Assembly (NCBI GenBank): GCA_963693365.1
Contig: CAVNZM010000001.1
Span: 12,302,161 to 12,366,160, forward strand
DNA length: 64,000 nt
DNA from: Amoebidium appalachense
Taxonomy: Eukaryota > Protista > Ichthyosporea
Reading direction: 5' to 3'
The notes below the pieces were generated by a model that was given only the letters and a program-made list of their open reading frames with translations, ran no database searches and had not been told where the DNA came from. Of this stretch, positions 40,086 to 59,118 are shown piece by piece. Position numbers and translations under genes: made by a program. Within the stretch, counting starts at the first letter, position 1, and every line of letters starts with the position of its first letter.

Positions 40086-42230
40086 CACACACATCTTCAC
40101 CAGTACAAGTCGTGAAATTCTTTACCCGGCACATCACTCAACATAGCGAAAGCCGAAAAGGGCAACACGAGAAAAGCTCCCACACAACCCGCAGTATCGC
40201 CCCACCCTTCTCTACTCCTTCCCCTTCACCCAGCATGTGTGCAAGTGAGGCCATTGTGCTACGCACATCATGGCTGCCAACCATATCCATCTGCTCCAGC
40301 GCATTGTCACCACCATCGTTGTAAGTTCATCCCCCAAAACAACCAGAAGATGCCAAACGCACAAGCAGCAGCCATTCTCCTTACAAAAAACATCCATGTT
40401 CCCGAAATCATTTACATACCAGCGCAAACAAGATGCTGCTCCCTGCTGGCTGACCAGAGGACACAACTTCCTCTGCATACCCTCCCTCCTGCACCACAAT
40501 CGTCGAATGGGTGCTCGTAAACTCCACTGTTGTCATCTTTTCCCATGTTACCTCCACCGGCTGCTTGCCGACATGCTCGACAACATGCTTGACCAGAATT
40601 GGGCTAGAACTAGCCATCTTCGCGCGTTGAAACTAAATGCGCAAGCGCGCAAGTTCGTATGCCACCACACCGCCAAAAAAAGAGGCAAATACGTGTGGAG
40701 GTAGGTCTCTGGTAAAGAACGAATCGGCTTTAGAGTTTCAGAAGATTATGCTGAATCCAACTATTGTCATTGCGTCAGATGTGTGCTCTTGCGCGCTCTC
40801 GTGTGCTCGCTACTAAAAGCAAGAACCGAGAAGGAGCAAAAATTATAGTCCGGCTCGTTCGATTCCTTCGCACCTGTGAAGCAAAGGGAGGGATGTCATG
40901 AGTGAATTAGAACAGAATTTATGTTTCTCTACTTATACATGTGAAAAGAGGTGAGGGAAGAAACCTCGGTCACGGCAAGGCAAAACGACATTCAACCGGA
41001 ACGAAAATCACGAACTTACCGACGCCAACACTAAATGCTGGGGAAAACACTACCTTATCCAAAACCCTGGGTCATTCCTTGTGAAACACAAACAATAAAC
41101 ACAAACAAGCAAGGCTACTCTCAGCTTCGCAAGAATACTGTTTCTACCAGGTAACAACGCCTTTTCTAGCACTTGAGCACGAAGTGAAGAATTCAACTGC
41201 TTTGTGAAACCCACAATCCAACTAAACCGAAAGTGTATTCCACACGTAAAGCAAATACAAGATGCCCCAGGCACGCACGTCTAGAAACACGTTAGGCTCT
41301 GCAAACACGCCGATGCAACTGCCAACTTTTTTGACTTGTGTTGGGGCTCGTTTTCAGTTCATATACATACCTTCGCAAACACTTTCTTGCAGCGGCGCTC
41401 AGAATATTGGGAAAGAACACTAGTCAAAGCGCTCGGCTTCTAAATGAACACGGGGTCTGAATAGAAAAACTACTGCATTAATCAGCAATGTCGTCGTCCC
41501 GAACAAAACAAACTAACTATGTGCCTTCGTGTGCGAAAACGGATGGGACTCAGTTTAGGCACTAAGAAAGCCAGATGAGCGGAGAAAGGCACAAGCTTCA
41601 CCGCTATATATGTGCTTCCTGTAATTTTACTCCTCCATAAACAATGGATTGAAAAGTATAAACATACCAGTGATAAACCGCTTCAACAAAACAGAAGTGT
41701 TTGAACGCAACAAAGCTTCCCCTTGGGCGTGTGCTGTTGAGATGACCGTCTTGGGTCAAGCAGCCCTTGTGACGTCAATGCTCGAACAAAATAGGGTTTG
41801 AAACCCACTTTACAAATTTATACAAATACACTGAAACTATAATAATCGATTGGTTATCCTAGGTGAATGAAGCTCCGTAATTTTCACCCTAAAGCGGTCA
41901 ATTTTCCGAAAAGCAAGGTATGTGCACACAAAATGTTTAGCCCTAGCTGTGGTGTCGCGTAACCCAATCAAAAACTGTGAGCCAGAGCAATGGCCCACGA
42001 TTATTGGCTGCATTTTCCGCACATAAGATTCCGAACCCAAACAGAAACTTTGCGCAGCGCCTGTGACATTCGTTGCTGTGCCGTTTTTTTTTTTTTTGGG
42101 TATATGATGACTTTTGGGCCGGGGGATGTGCTGTTTATTACCGACATTTATGTGAGCTGTATGATGAGTTACTTGAGAAAATGTCTTTATCCTAGCTCCT
42201 CCTTCACTCCCAACTCCTCATTTTAACCCC

Positions 42231-42278
<48 letters not shown>

Positions 42279-43336
42279 CCATATGGCCATTTGCCACCAC
42301 CACCACCACGACCACACACACACACACACAGGCCTGTACACACGTACACACACAAACACACTCCACATCCCCACCCCACCAGTCCCATCCTCGCATGCAT
42401 ATTCCCCTCCCGGTCCGGCGAGTTCGACATGCTAATATACAATGCAACATGTGGAAACTGCCTTTCTCGACTCATGATCATGGCATGCCACGGTCCCTTG
42501 TCAGATTATTGGTTCTGCAATAACAAAGGTGCAAGACCGGTGAGGGTGGCATGGAGGCACCATTACAAAGCCGCAAACACATACTCTAGATGTCGCCTCG
42601 CATCCCTACATATGTGCCACGTCGCCTGTTCATGCATGCAAGATAGGCTGTGGGCTCTCTGGGGCTTGGCCCAACTAGTACTCGAGGCTGCAGCCGCTGC
42701 AGTTAGTTTTTGAGCAGTTGCCAATTTCAAATTCACAACTATTTGGTTGCTTTGCTTGCCGTATTCACATCAAGTGTTGGCCAACTCACAATTCTGCAGC
42801 GAAAATCTCTTTTGTCTGTTTTCCGGACAACAGACTGTACCAGCTAGGATTCACCGTGATTTCAAAGGTTGCACACACGTGAGACTTTCCCATATGCCCA
42901 CTACTTATGATGGTGGCATGATCGCCACAGGGAACAGGTTAACATGAAAAAACATGTACTGTGCTTCAACTTGTACCACAGCACGGCGGTGGGCCTGCGT
43001 GCACTTGCACACGCAAACTTTACAGTGATATAACTGTCACAGGGCCTACAAAAAATGGACATAGCCTAAAGCATGCCCATCCTGGATCATTGCGCTATAG
43101 ACTATAGAGCCCAAGCCAAGTGCACAGGAGCTCTGTGCAAAATCGAAAACTTTTGTGAACGAAAAGCCAAACTTTGAGGAACAAACAAAGAGCAAAACAT
43201 GACCATCCTCTCTTGCCCCTTCCAAAGCTAGCAACAAGGCATATGCATATGCCATTTCAGAACATCAGTAAAAAAGCATATGCTACAAACTAAACTACAC
43301 CATCGACATCTCCACAACTACAATAGAAGGAGGTTT

Positions 43337-47296
<3,960 letters not shown>

Positions 47297-47810
47297 CTTG
47301 CCTGCTTGCACAGATAGTAATCTTCTGGAAAAAAGGGCGTTTGCTTTCAGCAGCTTTGCTCGGCAAAACATGAGACTTTTCCAAGTTGTGGACAAAACTA
47401 AAACAGAAATTTTTGTGCGTGGTGAAGGCCAAAAAAGTTCGCCGATCGATGTGTGCACATCTCTCTCCCTCGTTTATATCATATTTCCTCGATAGCACTT
47501 ATCCGTTTATATCACACAGTACTGTGCAGTTACTATAGTATTAGTACGTACTACGGTCGGGACGTTGCCTTATAACCTGTAGGGGTTAGGCTACAGAAGC
47601 CCGGGTCCGGCCAGGAAATTTACAGGACTTGTGGTTTTTCATCTAAAGAACAACGTGAAGTCCTATGTCTCAAACCCCATAAGATATAATAACCTGCCTG
47701 AGCTCGAGGTGGTTCATTTCGTACGCGTTACAGGCATGTGACAACCGTTTGAAAGGCAATGCAATTATCTGCAGCTGGCTCCATCCCCTCCCCCTCCCCC
47801 CTCCCCCTCA

Positions 47811-47841
<31 letters not shown>

Positions 47842-47862
47842 TCCCCCAACACACGCACACAT

Positions 47863-47895
<33 letters not shown>

Positions 47896-48810
47896 ACCAC
47901 CACCACCATCACCCCTACCGCAAAAGATACATAGGCATAAAAGCCTTCCCACCTCCTATTCCCCTCCCCCCCCCTCCACCCCCCTCCACCCCCCTCCCCC
48001 CGGCCACCCTACAAAAAAGTTAACTTATGATAGTAATAATAATGATAATGATAATGCCGATGATACCAATAATAATAGTAATCAGTAATAAATCCCCCCC
48101 TCCTCCCCCTCCCCCCCTGGGCCAAAAAAAGATCTTATACAACATTAATAGATTCCTGTAGCCAACCAGTATAAGTCACCAGCCCTTGCGCACGCGCGTT
48201 GTGACTTCAAGCGCATTTTGGAATTAGAAAAGCAAACTGCACTCGCTTTATTTAGCTAACCGAAAAACGAAAATCTTTGCAGGTGCATTCTGGCATTCAT
48301 CCCAAAATGTCCCTAAAAGGCCGAGGTACTCCACAGGAAAAGTCGGACTAGTGAAATGCTACACCTTATATGGCATTTAATTAACATAGTCATGCATCAA
48401 AGTCCTCTTGATTCTAGGCTACATTTTTGAACGAACGGTTTCAATCTGCGGCTCGATTGGAAGTTATCTAACTAGTGTGCGGACTTTCCTCCTTTTGTTT
48501 TTCCCCCTCCGCTCCCCCCCCTCCCCCCGCCCCGCCCCCTCCTCCTTCCCCCCACGCATCTCCGCTCCCTACCTCGTACTAGCAACTGTTTTGGCCTGTA
48601 ACTCGGTGTGGACCAATTTCTGTTCAAAAGTAACAGAGCATACCAAGTTATGAACACTGGGTGCTTTGTTACTGCAGCTTTCGGCTAACGCCTCCGTGAT
48701 ATCCTAGTTAAACATATGAAGCTTTGCCAAATGCAAGGGAGCAACCCTCCCCGCGGCATGCGCAATACTGGAGAAGAAAAAACAGGGTTTCAGAAAGCAG
48801 TAGCCGCAAA

Positions 48811-49530
48811 TTATGAAGCTTTTGCGGGGCCCATACCCGGAGGCGGCGCGCTGCTAAGCATATCCATTAGTGTATCAAACCCGCCTTCTTTGTCCATACT
48901 CCCCCTGCGTGCCTGCGGTTTGAAAGCAAACAACCCTTGGAAGTTTGAGGGGGGTTTTTCTTTGCGCGGGGTGGCCGGTGATGATGTGACGCTGGAAGGG
49001 CGCGATGATGACGATCCGCTGTTTTGTTTTGTGAGTTTGTTCTTTCCGGATTTATCTTTCCCGTTTTCCGAATCCACGCTTGTAGCACTTGATATGCTTG
49101 AACGACGGGATCCTGGGTTTCTGTTGAGGGAGTCGCCTCCATCGTACGAGCGCAGAAACTTTTTGTAAGAGTCTGTGCGCATGAGCGTATAGACGTGGTA
49201 CTGGGCGTCCTCAAATACGTAAGACCCAAACTGGTTAGAATCTAGTGCTTCCTTCACTTGCCCCCTGATTGTCTGCGATATGTTAATTTCGTATTTCGCG
49301 TTGGGGCCCATATATTCGTCATAAATATCCAGAGACTTGGATTTTATGGCTGCTTTGTGATCCCCCGACTTAATTTCCAGCCCCTTTATGCTCTGAACCG
49401 CCTCCCAAAAGAGGAGGTTTTCTGTGCAGTGCTGCTCTTTCAGGTACTTGCGGAAATCTTGAAGAGGGGGCCATTGTGTGTACCCTAGCAGAACGTCAAG
49501 CAGCTCTGGCTGCTTTTCACTGCGTGACAT
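48811..49530 (-). CDS. RGS-domain protein (regulator of G-protein signalling), single exon, Ser-rich tail
   Basis: FRKYLKEQHCTENLLFWEAV...IYDEYMGPNAKYEINIS...FEDAQYHVYTLMRTDSYKKFLRS is a canonical RGS box. First ATG is at 49530. Confidence 0.95.
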   Translation of the reverse strand: MSRSEKQPELLDVLLGYTQWPPLQDFRKYLKEQHCTENLLFWEAVQSIKGLEIKSGDHKAAIKSKSLDIYDEYMGPNAKYEINISQTIRGQVKEALDSNQFGSYVFEDAQYHVYTLMRTDSYKKFLRSYDGGDSLNRNPGSRRSSISSATSVDSENGKDKSGKNKLTKQNSGSSSSRPSSVTSSPATPRKEKPPSNFQGLFAFKPQARRGSMDKEGGFDTLMDMLSSAPPPGMGPAKAS

Positions 49531-51502
49531 TTTCTCGTTGTGTTCTGATGATGTCAATAGAAAATTATGGAAATGAAAGGCACCTCTGCAAGTCTTGGAA
49601 TCCGGAACGAACACTTCCACCACGGTGAATAATATGTCAAATTTCTGTAAGGGAGCGTATCAGTAGCTATGTCGGGATTGTTTGCCAATAAGTATAATGA
49701 TATATCAAGAAAAACTACGTTTGTAGTCAGAGAGCAGAAATGAAAAGGCTGTCGGTTAAACTGAATTCGCTAACTTAGATTCACAGTACCTGGTTCAGTA
49801 GGCTTAGGTTTCTTAACTGTATGCACTTTCGCTGCAGATCTGTACGAGCATTGACATTCTACTCTTGTGCATGATATTTCCCTCGCTAGCTACTCTTTTA
49901 AAACTTTAAAAAGGAGCAAAGAATCTTTACAAAACTAATAATACACTTGGTTGGATACATGTTTGTTTATAAAAACTGCTTTTGCCGCATACCAAGTAGC
50001 TGCATCTGTGGGAAGCCAATCAGAAATGGCTACTGCATGCAAATTTCGAGCGCTTGAGGGGGGCAAATCATAATTCAGCAAGGGCTAAATCCAGAACGGA
50101 GTCTCCAGAGGAGCAAACTCAAGCGAGCCCAAATACTCACCCACCCTACACTTTAATATAGAACTAAATCACAGGCCACTGATGCTAAAAATCATTCCAT
50201 ACTGTTTTTTTTTTCTCCCATCAGTATACTCTATTGATTGGAAAAAACAATACACGTCCGCCTGAACTTGAATTCAATCTTTGCCCCAGTTCAGTAAAAT
50301 GCTCCTATTGGACGATCGTGCACCACGTTCATCATTATTCAACGTTCTCCGAGCGCACGTTGTTTACACGACACCTGCTTATATAAAAACAATTGGCACG
50401 AGTAATGTATGGATGGCAATTTCAGTCAAAGCAGATTATTTTTTTTTGGTTCAGGCTGATAAATAAAGGCTTATTAAAGTTATTTTGGCTTCAGGGCCAT
50501 TCGCAGGCAGGGAGTCACTTTGCGGATGATGGAAGTGTGGGGGCTCGAACTCTTCGGGCTTCGAAATTTGCGGGCATACTAAAGGGCCAGGCGTTTATCC
50601 TTTCCTCCGTCTAAGGTTCACCCTGGTGTGGAGTCACTTGACACAAGAGATTGCTTGTTCGTATATTATTATGAAATATTAAAGGCGGAGACAATCGTTT
50701 AAACCATGGGGGCACAGCTCCAGGCACATCCGTTTGGTGAATTGTCCCGTGGCACTGCTCCAGCGATGCAGGGTTCGAACACAGCGTCCGAAGTTCTTTG
50801 TGATACGTTTTTGGCCAATCCGGGTCGCCCAACTGTTTTGATTCAACTTTTTTGTGTTGTGTTGACTTGCCTGCCGGCATTCTGGGGTTTTCAAAGGAAG
50901 AAACTGAATGTGAAATGAAGTTATGAAGGCACAGAATCAGTATAAAAAAATAGGGGTCATACTATAAATGTATATGCAATTTGTTTACCCTTGGAAGTAC
51001 TCTGAGAATCCCACATGCATTTCGTCAATTAGCTGGACTCCTTGAGCATGACCATCATCGATCTACATCCATTCCCCATCCAATTCCCCATCCCATCCGA
51101 TTCACGGATGTCATCAGTAAAAGTCTTCGTTTTGCTACCGGATTCTAGTGGAAGCACGCACCCAGTATTTTTCTTGCCACGTGACATATATAATATACTT
51201 TCTGTGTACGATGGGGGAGCAGTAAGAGGTGTTTCAGAACGCATGACACGAGTCTACGTAGTATACGATGAATTGGTGATGAGATCTTGTTAAAACGTAG
51301 CCTACTACTGCCGATACAAATGTTTTCAGTAACAGAGCGGCCACGGTTGGGTAAATGAGGTTCAAAAACCACACAACCAAGCAGAAAATTTTATAATATC
51401 ACCCTTCTAGAAGAAAAGAAGAGCAAAAGAATACTTTTTCGTTTGAAAAACCCCCAATTGATAATTGTAGAACAGGTAGTTCCGAAATCTATCAGCACCA
51501 AC

Positions 51503-51806
51503 ATGTCTCCCAACGAGAAAAAGAGTACCCACTTTGGGTTTCTTTCAGCCCTGGGCAAAGGAAAGCAACGCAAGCAGAAGGCTATGGAGGCATGGAATGC
51601 CACTTCAGAAGGCGAAAACGACGCCGTGTTTGAAGAAAAGGTGGGTGCTGGTCACGTATTTTATAGACTTTTTTGTTTGGATTGGGGTCGTGTTGGTGTG
51701 AGTGAACAGGTGTCCATGTGCTTCATGTTTAACAATAACATATGTCAAACGTGCTTACACACGGCGAGGGTGTGTAATAAAAGCTTTGAACAATAATAAC
51801 CACTTC

Positions 51807-51873
<67 letters not shown>

Positions 51874-52969
51874 GTGTGTGTGTACATGCAGAGACGGTCT
51901 AGTATTAGTATCCTAACTACCATTGGACAGGTACACATCAGTTTCTTTCCCGTTTCCACCCATCTAGCCACATATATGGCCACAAGCACACGTCACATTA
52001 CTCGAACACCCGCCTCAAAACTTTCTTTCCTCCCTCTAAGCCAATCCCCCAATACCCCCCCCCCCCCCCCTCACACACACACACCAACCCACCCCCACCC
52101 GTCTCTCCCCTCTACGTTGCCCCCGAACCTGGGCCACCAAACCACCTACGAGCCCCCCCTTCCCCTTTCCCCATTCAATTATGGGCCCAAGGGCCAACTA
52201 TCCCCTAGGAAATCCCCCCCTCCCCCCCCCTCCTTCCTTGCTTTTATTCCTCTCAGCACACCCCTACTTCCCCCCTCGCCCTTGCACTGCTACATCTGTG
52301 AATCCAGCAGCCTCTGTTTATCAACAATCTGTCTCGCATTTCTTGCCACAGAATCTTTCACCCACGCGGGGAGGGGGGTGGGGGGAGGGGGGAGGGAGGG
52401 GGGATAATCTAATCTGGCATTTCTTCGGAAACAGATATGTAGTTTAAGGGAAATACACTATGCTTAGGCTTTAAAAAAATGTGAGTGAAAGCCTTTCTGA
52501 AAGGTCAGAGAAAATGGTAACTCTCACGGCTTAACCCCTTTGCTACCTGCTACCAATACTGGCACTGCATAACTATCAGTATTGGCTGAAGGTAAATATC
52601 CAGGTAAACTTATGCCATTAATTTTGTGCCCTCCAACACCAGTCCCATTTAACACGCGTTGGCTTAACTTAACGTGACAATTCTTAACCCTATCAGCCTC
52701 ATTGGCCCGCACTTACATTGAAATAGAATAAACCATCTGTTAACCTTTTTCGTGCAACACAGATGCGAGACCCGCACCTTCCCGACGACACCGTCTTTAA
52801 CTTTCAGCTGCAGTTAAAGGGAGTCGAGCCACAAGCGGGAGATGCTTATGCACAAAGGCAGGATCGTACGGCCACGGCAATAGCAAAGCACAGGGGTGCA
52901 AGCGAGGGTACGGCGTGCATGGCCCAGGTGTCTATAAATGGTTTGTTTACCGCTCCCCCCCCTCCCCCC

Positions 52970-53049
<80 letters not shown>

Positions 53050-53091
53050 CGCGCATGCACGCACACCCCCCCCCCTCCCCCCTGCATCAAA

Positions 53092-53137
<46 letters not shown>

Positions 53138-53385
53138 ACAGGGCATCATGCAGTGTATACCCACTCTGTTGGTGTGTGTGTAACTTTTCAATATACTCTG
53201 CACTGATTAATTCCTTTTGTACTCATAAAGTATTTCGATCTGTGTGCCATGGTCATGCTACCCCCCCCCCCCCCCCCCCCCCCCCCGCCCGCCCCCCGCC
53301 GTCGCCTGCCCGCCAATCTCTCCTTTCCCCCTCTTCCTCCCCATCCTGACCGGGCCTACTTGTGCTAATAAGCGCGTGCATTCAA

Positions 53386-53426
<41 letters not shown>

Positions 53427-53539
53427 CACAAGTGACACACACACAAACACACACAAACACACACAAACACAAACACACACACACACGCACACACACACAT
53501 ACACAAACACAGACACAGACACACAGACACGCGCGCGCG

Positions 53540-53594
<55 letters not shown>

Positions 53595-53608
53595 ACACGC
53601 ACACACAG

Positions 53609-53641
<33 letters not shown>

Positions 53642-53793
53642 TGCAGACATGCAAACACAGGCTGCTCCATCTATTATTAGACAAATATTGATCTTATAAG
53701 CAATTGATCGGTTTCTCACAGTTACTTTATGGAGCTATTCTGTTTGTAGTGTGCCGTTTTTCCAATTGGGAAAGCCATCTCGTAGCTTCTGCA

Positions 53794-53833
<40 letters not shown>

Positions 53834-54344
53834 ATTTTTTTGGGCCTTATGATAAGTCGGTATGGGCAAGAAAAGTAAGCAGTTACTGTAGCTACTTTAG
53901 GCACACAAAAACAATACCCTCTGAAAACACGTGCGCCACCAAAATGGCGGGGGGGAGAGGGGTGGGTGGGAGGGGGAAGACCAGTCGGGGATTGAAATAA
54001 AACTGATATTAAAAGCTTGAGAGCAGTAGGCGTTCAATAGGAATGACTACGTACCGTCGCATAATGTATTAGGGTTAGCGAGGTTATTCAAGAGATGTAG
54101 CCGAAGTAAAAGCGACTCAGAGTTAGCATTATATGACTTGAAACGGGAGAGAGGGGGAGGGGTGGAGAGAGAAAGGGAGAGGGAGGAAAAGAGAGGGAAT
54201 AACTTCTATTTACCACTAACTGTACGGGAACCTCCAAAAGGAGGGGGAGGGGGGGGGGGGGGGGGGGGGCATATTCATTGCACCGCTACCCTAAGTATGC
54301 ATACCGTAATTCACCTCCATACACCACCAGCACAACCACCACCA

Positions 54345-54405
<61 letters not shown>

Positions 54406-54661
54406 GCTCAACCTTCAGTTTCTGGACGAAAGTGGAGACCGAGAAATCAAGATCACCCTTCCCCAAATCGCGCTAATCGTCCGAGAGTTTAATCAAATCG
54501 CGGTCATGGCAGCAGAATCGGTAGCTCAAGGATCGCAGAAACCGTTAAATTTCAAGATTTATGTTTTGGAAAGTAAACAGTGTGCACATTTGCACCAGGC
54601 AATACAGTGGGCTATTGAGAGGGTTTTGAAGCAAAGGGAAACATTGAGAAAAGCCGCTTAG
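51503..54661 (+). CDS. Small stand-alone PTB/PID-like domain protein
   Basis: Exons 51503-51640, 52763-52940 and 54405-54661 (phases 0,1). [48 protein letters not shown] fits the PTB strand/C-terminal helix pattern. Confidence 0.75.
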
Positions 54662-55139
54662 CAAAAAAAATGCCAAATGACAAATAAGAACACATAAAAA
54701 AAAACTTTAAATAAATAATCATCATTAGGTCATATGGAATGGCTTGGATTGTTGTCCTTGATTGCCAAATTTCAGGAATGTGTTGATTCGACTATTTTAG
54801 TTATATATGAACCGTATTTTTTCTGAGTTATTTTCAGCTGAATGCTACTGGAAGTCCGAATTTCCAGCCCAATAAATTTGAAAATACTGAATAAACAGTG
54901 TGGTGTCGTTGGTTGGCGCATGAAAAAAGTGAAGATTATCCAAAATCTATCCCAACGCCGTCATATATCATGGGTGATGTGCAGTGTCCACATAGGCAAC
55001 AGCCAAGAGTTTTGTGCCCAGCCGAGTGCAAATCTCCCGTCCATATACACCAACAGAGCAAACTACACAATCCATGGTGATTTGGATTTTTTGTTGATTT
55101 TGTTTCTGCAACCGCAAGCCCTGTATGGGTTAATGTGGG

Positions 55140-55171
<32 letters not shown>

Positions 55172-55736
55172 AGGGGAGGGAAGGGAGGGGAGGGGGGGAG
55201 TGGGGGGGGGGGGGGAGAGGGGGGGGGGGGGGGGGGGGGGGGAGAAGAAGGAGGGGGTATATGTGGTGTGTATGCGAGTGCAAGGGTTGAGGGGGGACGG
55301 GGGGGGGGGGGGGGGGGGGGGGGGAAGGAGGAAGTAACTCCGGCAATTATATGGGAAGGTAAAAAACGGGTGCGGAGTTAGTGGTGTGTGGTTGTTGTTG
55401 GGTGTGTGTGTGTTGGGGGGGGGGGGAGGGGGGAGGGGGGGGGGGGGGGGGGGGGGGAGTAACAGGAAGTGAGGGAGAACCATCAGTACGTGTGTGTGTG
55501 CTTAACATGTATTCCCGTGTATTTTTCTGATATGTTTCTATGCCATATTTTGCGCAAAGGGGATGGTGTGTGTGGACAGTCGGCGCGGTGTCTTTTCCCA
55601 TGTGTATGCACAACGTGTCACGGTGTGCTATTTGGGTAACGTGTATCGTATGGTAGATCGTTCAAGTTGAAACGTGGGCAAGGTTTAGCGCTTGCACACA
55701 CACACACACACAAGTTTATGTGGGAACAAGCACAAG

Positions 55737-55780
<44 letters not shown>

Positions 55781-55902
55781 CATAAAACCAGTACATGCAA
55801 ACACACAGACACATACACACAGACCGGCACACGCACACACTCACGCATGCATAAAGCCCGTGCACACAACACACACACACACACACTGCATGCCACCCAC
55901 AC

Positions 55903-55967
<65 letters not shown>

Positions 55968-57194
55968 GCACAAACACTTATGCACACCTTCCTCACAATT
56001 GGAGAAATTGCACACGAGTATATATGTCAGTGTTGTGCACGACAGTGGATAAAAACGAAAGGGTTGCAGGGTCAGAATATCGGCAAGGTACGGGGGGAGG
56101 GGCAGGGGGGAGGGGGGAGGGGGGAGCGAAGGGGGGGGAGGGGGGGGGGGGGGAGGAGGGAGGAGGAGGGGAGGGGGAGGGGGAGGGGGGGGGGAGGGAA
56201 GGGGGGAGGGGGGCGGAGGGAAGGGGGGAGGGGGGGGCATAGGGAGGAGGAGGCGTTACTGTGGAAAATGCACGCACATTAACTATACACATATGGCTAG
56301 TGCAATCACGCACACTATACATACAGATACAGCCAAGAAATGACTTCTTGTATGTAATGCATACACGAATATCACTTGGTCTTTTTCATGAAACCCCCCC
56401 CCCCCCCCCCTCCCCCCCACCCACCCACCCACCTCCCCCTCCCCTCCTGTTCCCCTCCCCTCCCTCCCTACCCTCCCCCCTCCCCCCTTTCCCCTGCGGC
56501 TACCTGTGGTGTTCCCTTGAGCATGCACCTCTACCTCTTTGAATTCCAGCACGGTTAACACGTTTGCTTCTATAATGACTTGAGGCAACACGTGTATCCA
56601 TTTTTATATAGCATGCGCAATGTTTGAGGCTAAAAGCAGACACCACAGCCCAAACACGAATAATACAACCAACCAAAAAATCAATCTTAACCATTTTTGG
56701 TTATTTGTCATTACGCTACGTAATACTATTGGTCAGTTGGAGTTTCTGTCTAAGCCAATCAGAGCATGGCCGGGTCGATGAAACCCATGGTTTTGTCCTC
56801 CTAGAGTTACCCCACCGGTATCCCCAAGGGCAATGGTTGATTGTGCTCTTCCTATATACACATAGCAATCTTGTACGAAGCATAAAAAAATGCGCATTTC
56901 CCCCCCATATAACCATTTAATCATAGTATCCCAATGTACCGTCATGTTCCTCTGTGCACTTTTGAAATACCAATCAGTCCCATTCATTAAAAAAATAATT
57001 TAATCGATTTATCCGTTATGAAGGTCTTAAAGTACCCCTACATTATAGCATGTGTGGTTGAGATTCAATTTGCTGCATGATGCCAAGATATGGTGTATGT
57101 ATATCAACTCGGTGTGGAATTATTCAACCGGGGGGCTATTCTTGCTCAGCTAGTTCCATACAACACACCCAATTGCCCATGTTACAGCCCATGT

Positions 57195-57310
<116 letters not shown>

Positions 57311-57312
57311 GG

Positions 57313-57364
<52 letters not shown>

Positions 57365-57509
57365 GAGTAAGAGAAAGAGAGGGAGGGAGGGGGGCTGGCC
57401 CCCCGGGGAGAGATAGAGTTGAGGAGACTAAAAGAGAAAGAGACCAAACAATACACATATATTCACATGCAGATTTCTAGTTATTCATACTATTACTATA
57501 GCATAATGT

Positions 57510-57890
57510 CTAGGCAATTGAAACAGCAAACACAGGCAGTAGTAGATACTGGTTAGGTAAGCTGCGTTTACTGGTGTTTACATACAGCTGGCAACTCAGT
57601 GAACGGACGTCCCAGTGAGTTTCCCACAGCTGTTGAAAGTATTTTTTTTGTAGAAACTTCCGGAGTGCCATGGAATGTGTCGTAGCAATTTGATTGGATA
57701 CAAGCAAAGACAGTAGCTGATTGGCTAACAGCTTCCCCGTGATTTCATCCCTATTAGCTATCCATGCACCCACATAGTCCAATACGATTGGTTCGGACAG
57801 CACTTTGAGACGGTCAAGCATCTACAGTTCTCAGCCTTCGATCGTTTCTTTTGCCCCAGGCTGCATGATGGCGTAAGTCGATGTGCGTGC
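57510..57890 (-). pseudogene. Decayed coding fragment of unknown family
   Basis: One frame reads TYAIMQPGAKETIEG*EL*MLDRLKVLSEPIVLDYVGAWIANRDEITGKLLANQLL..., protein-like but interrupted by TGA and TAG. Confidence 0.35.
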
Positions 57891-58095
57891 CACGTGGCAC
57901 CGTCCTTCCTCCCTCCCCGCCTCTCCCCCTCCCCCTCCCCCCGCCCCCATCCTCCCCCCCCCCTCCCCCCTACACCCCTCTCCCCACTCTGGCCACCCTT
58001 TTTGTACACATACATGCAAGACTTGGGTCACGAGAAAGGGCCTGGGTGTGTGTGTAGGTCGGTTCCGTGGCAAAATAGACGGTAGTGAGTGAGCC

Positions 58096-58212
<117 letters not shown>

Positions 58213-58279
58213 AGTGCGTGCATGTGTGTGTATGTGTGCGTGTGCGTGTGTATGTGTGTGTGTGTGTGTGTGTTTGCGT

Positions 58280-58319
<40 letters not shown>

Positions 58320-58321
58320 GT

Positions 58322-58410
<89 letters not shown>

Positions 58411-58684
58411 GTGTTGTTGTTGTGTTTGTGTGTGTACGGCATGCATGTAGTGTGTGTGCATGTGGGTGGGTGTGTGGGTGGGTGCGCGTGTGGGTGTGGG
58501 GGCGCGTAGTCACATGCGTGAACGTGTGAGTGCACGGGTGCACGCATGGACGTAACGTATAATATTACGTATGCGTGTGCGCGCGAATACTATTGGTGTG
58601 CACGTGTGCTAGTTTCATTTTTGTTAATGTCAACCAAAGAAAAGGGGTGGGGGCGAGAGGGAGGGGGGGGGGGGGGGGGGAGGA

Positions 58685-58726
<42 letters not shown>

Positions 58727-59076
58727 AAGCAGAAAATGGAGTATGGGGCGGAGGGAGAGGGGCCGGGAGGGTCTGAGTGAGCGAGAGAGGGAAAAGCGAC
58801 CCTATAAAAGTGTGTAAGAGCAAGCCGCTTTGATATAGTATGATGTGCCACCATGCCTTCAAGTTGGGCTTATACTCAGTGAGCGTGCTTTTGTGTGTGT
58901 GTGTTTGCTCCGGTGCACGTCACTGTGTTTATGTGTGGCACGTATGAATGTGTCACAGCATCCGTGCTTACGTGCCTCTGTGTGTGCGTTCACGTGTGTG
59001 TGCACGAGTGTGCCAGTGTCTGCACATGTTTTTCTCCATATATTTGTTTCAAACGGTGTGTGTATGTGTGTGTGTG

Positions 59077-59118
<42 letters not shown>

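Noticed and set aside
50281-51400. Short ORFs between the RGS and PTB genes
   Set aside because: No recognisable motifs or splice-consistent model; probably promoter/UTR sequence.
52530-52750. piggyBac-like TTAACC(C) ends
   Set aside because: Three same-orientation motifs are present, with no matching inverted end or transposase.
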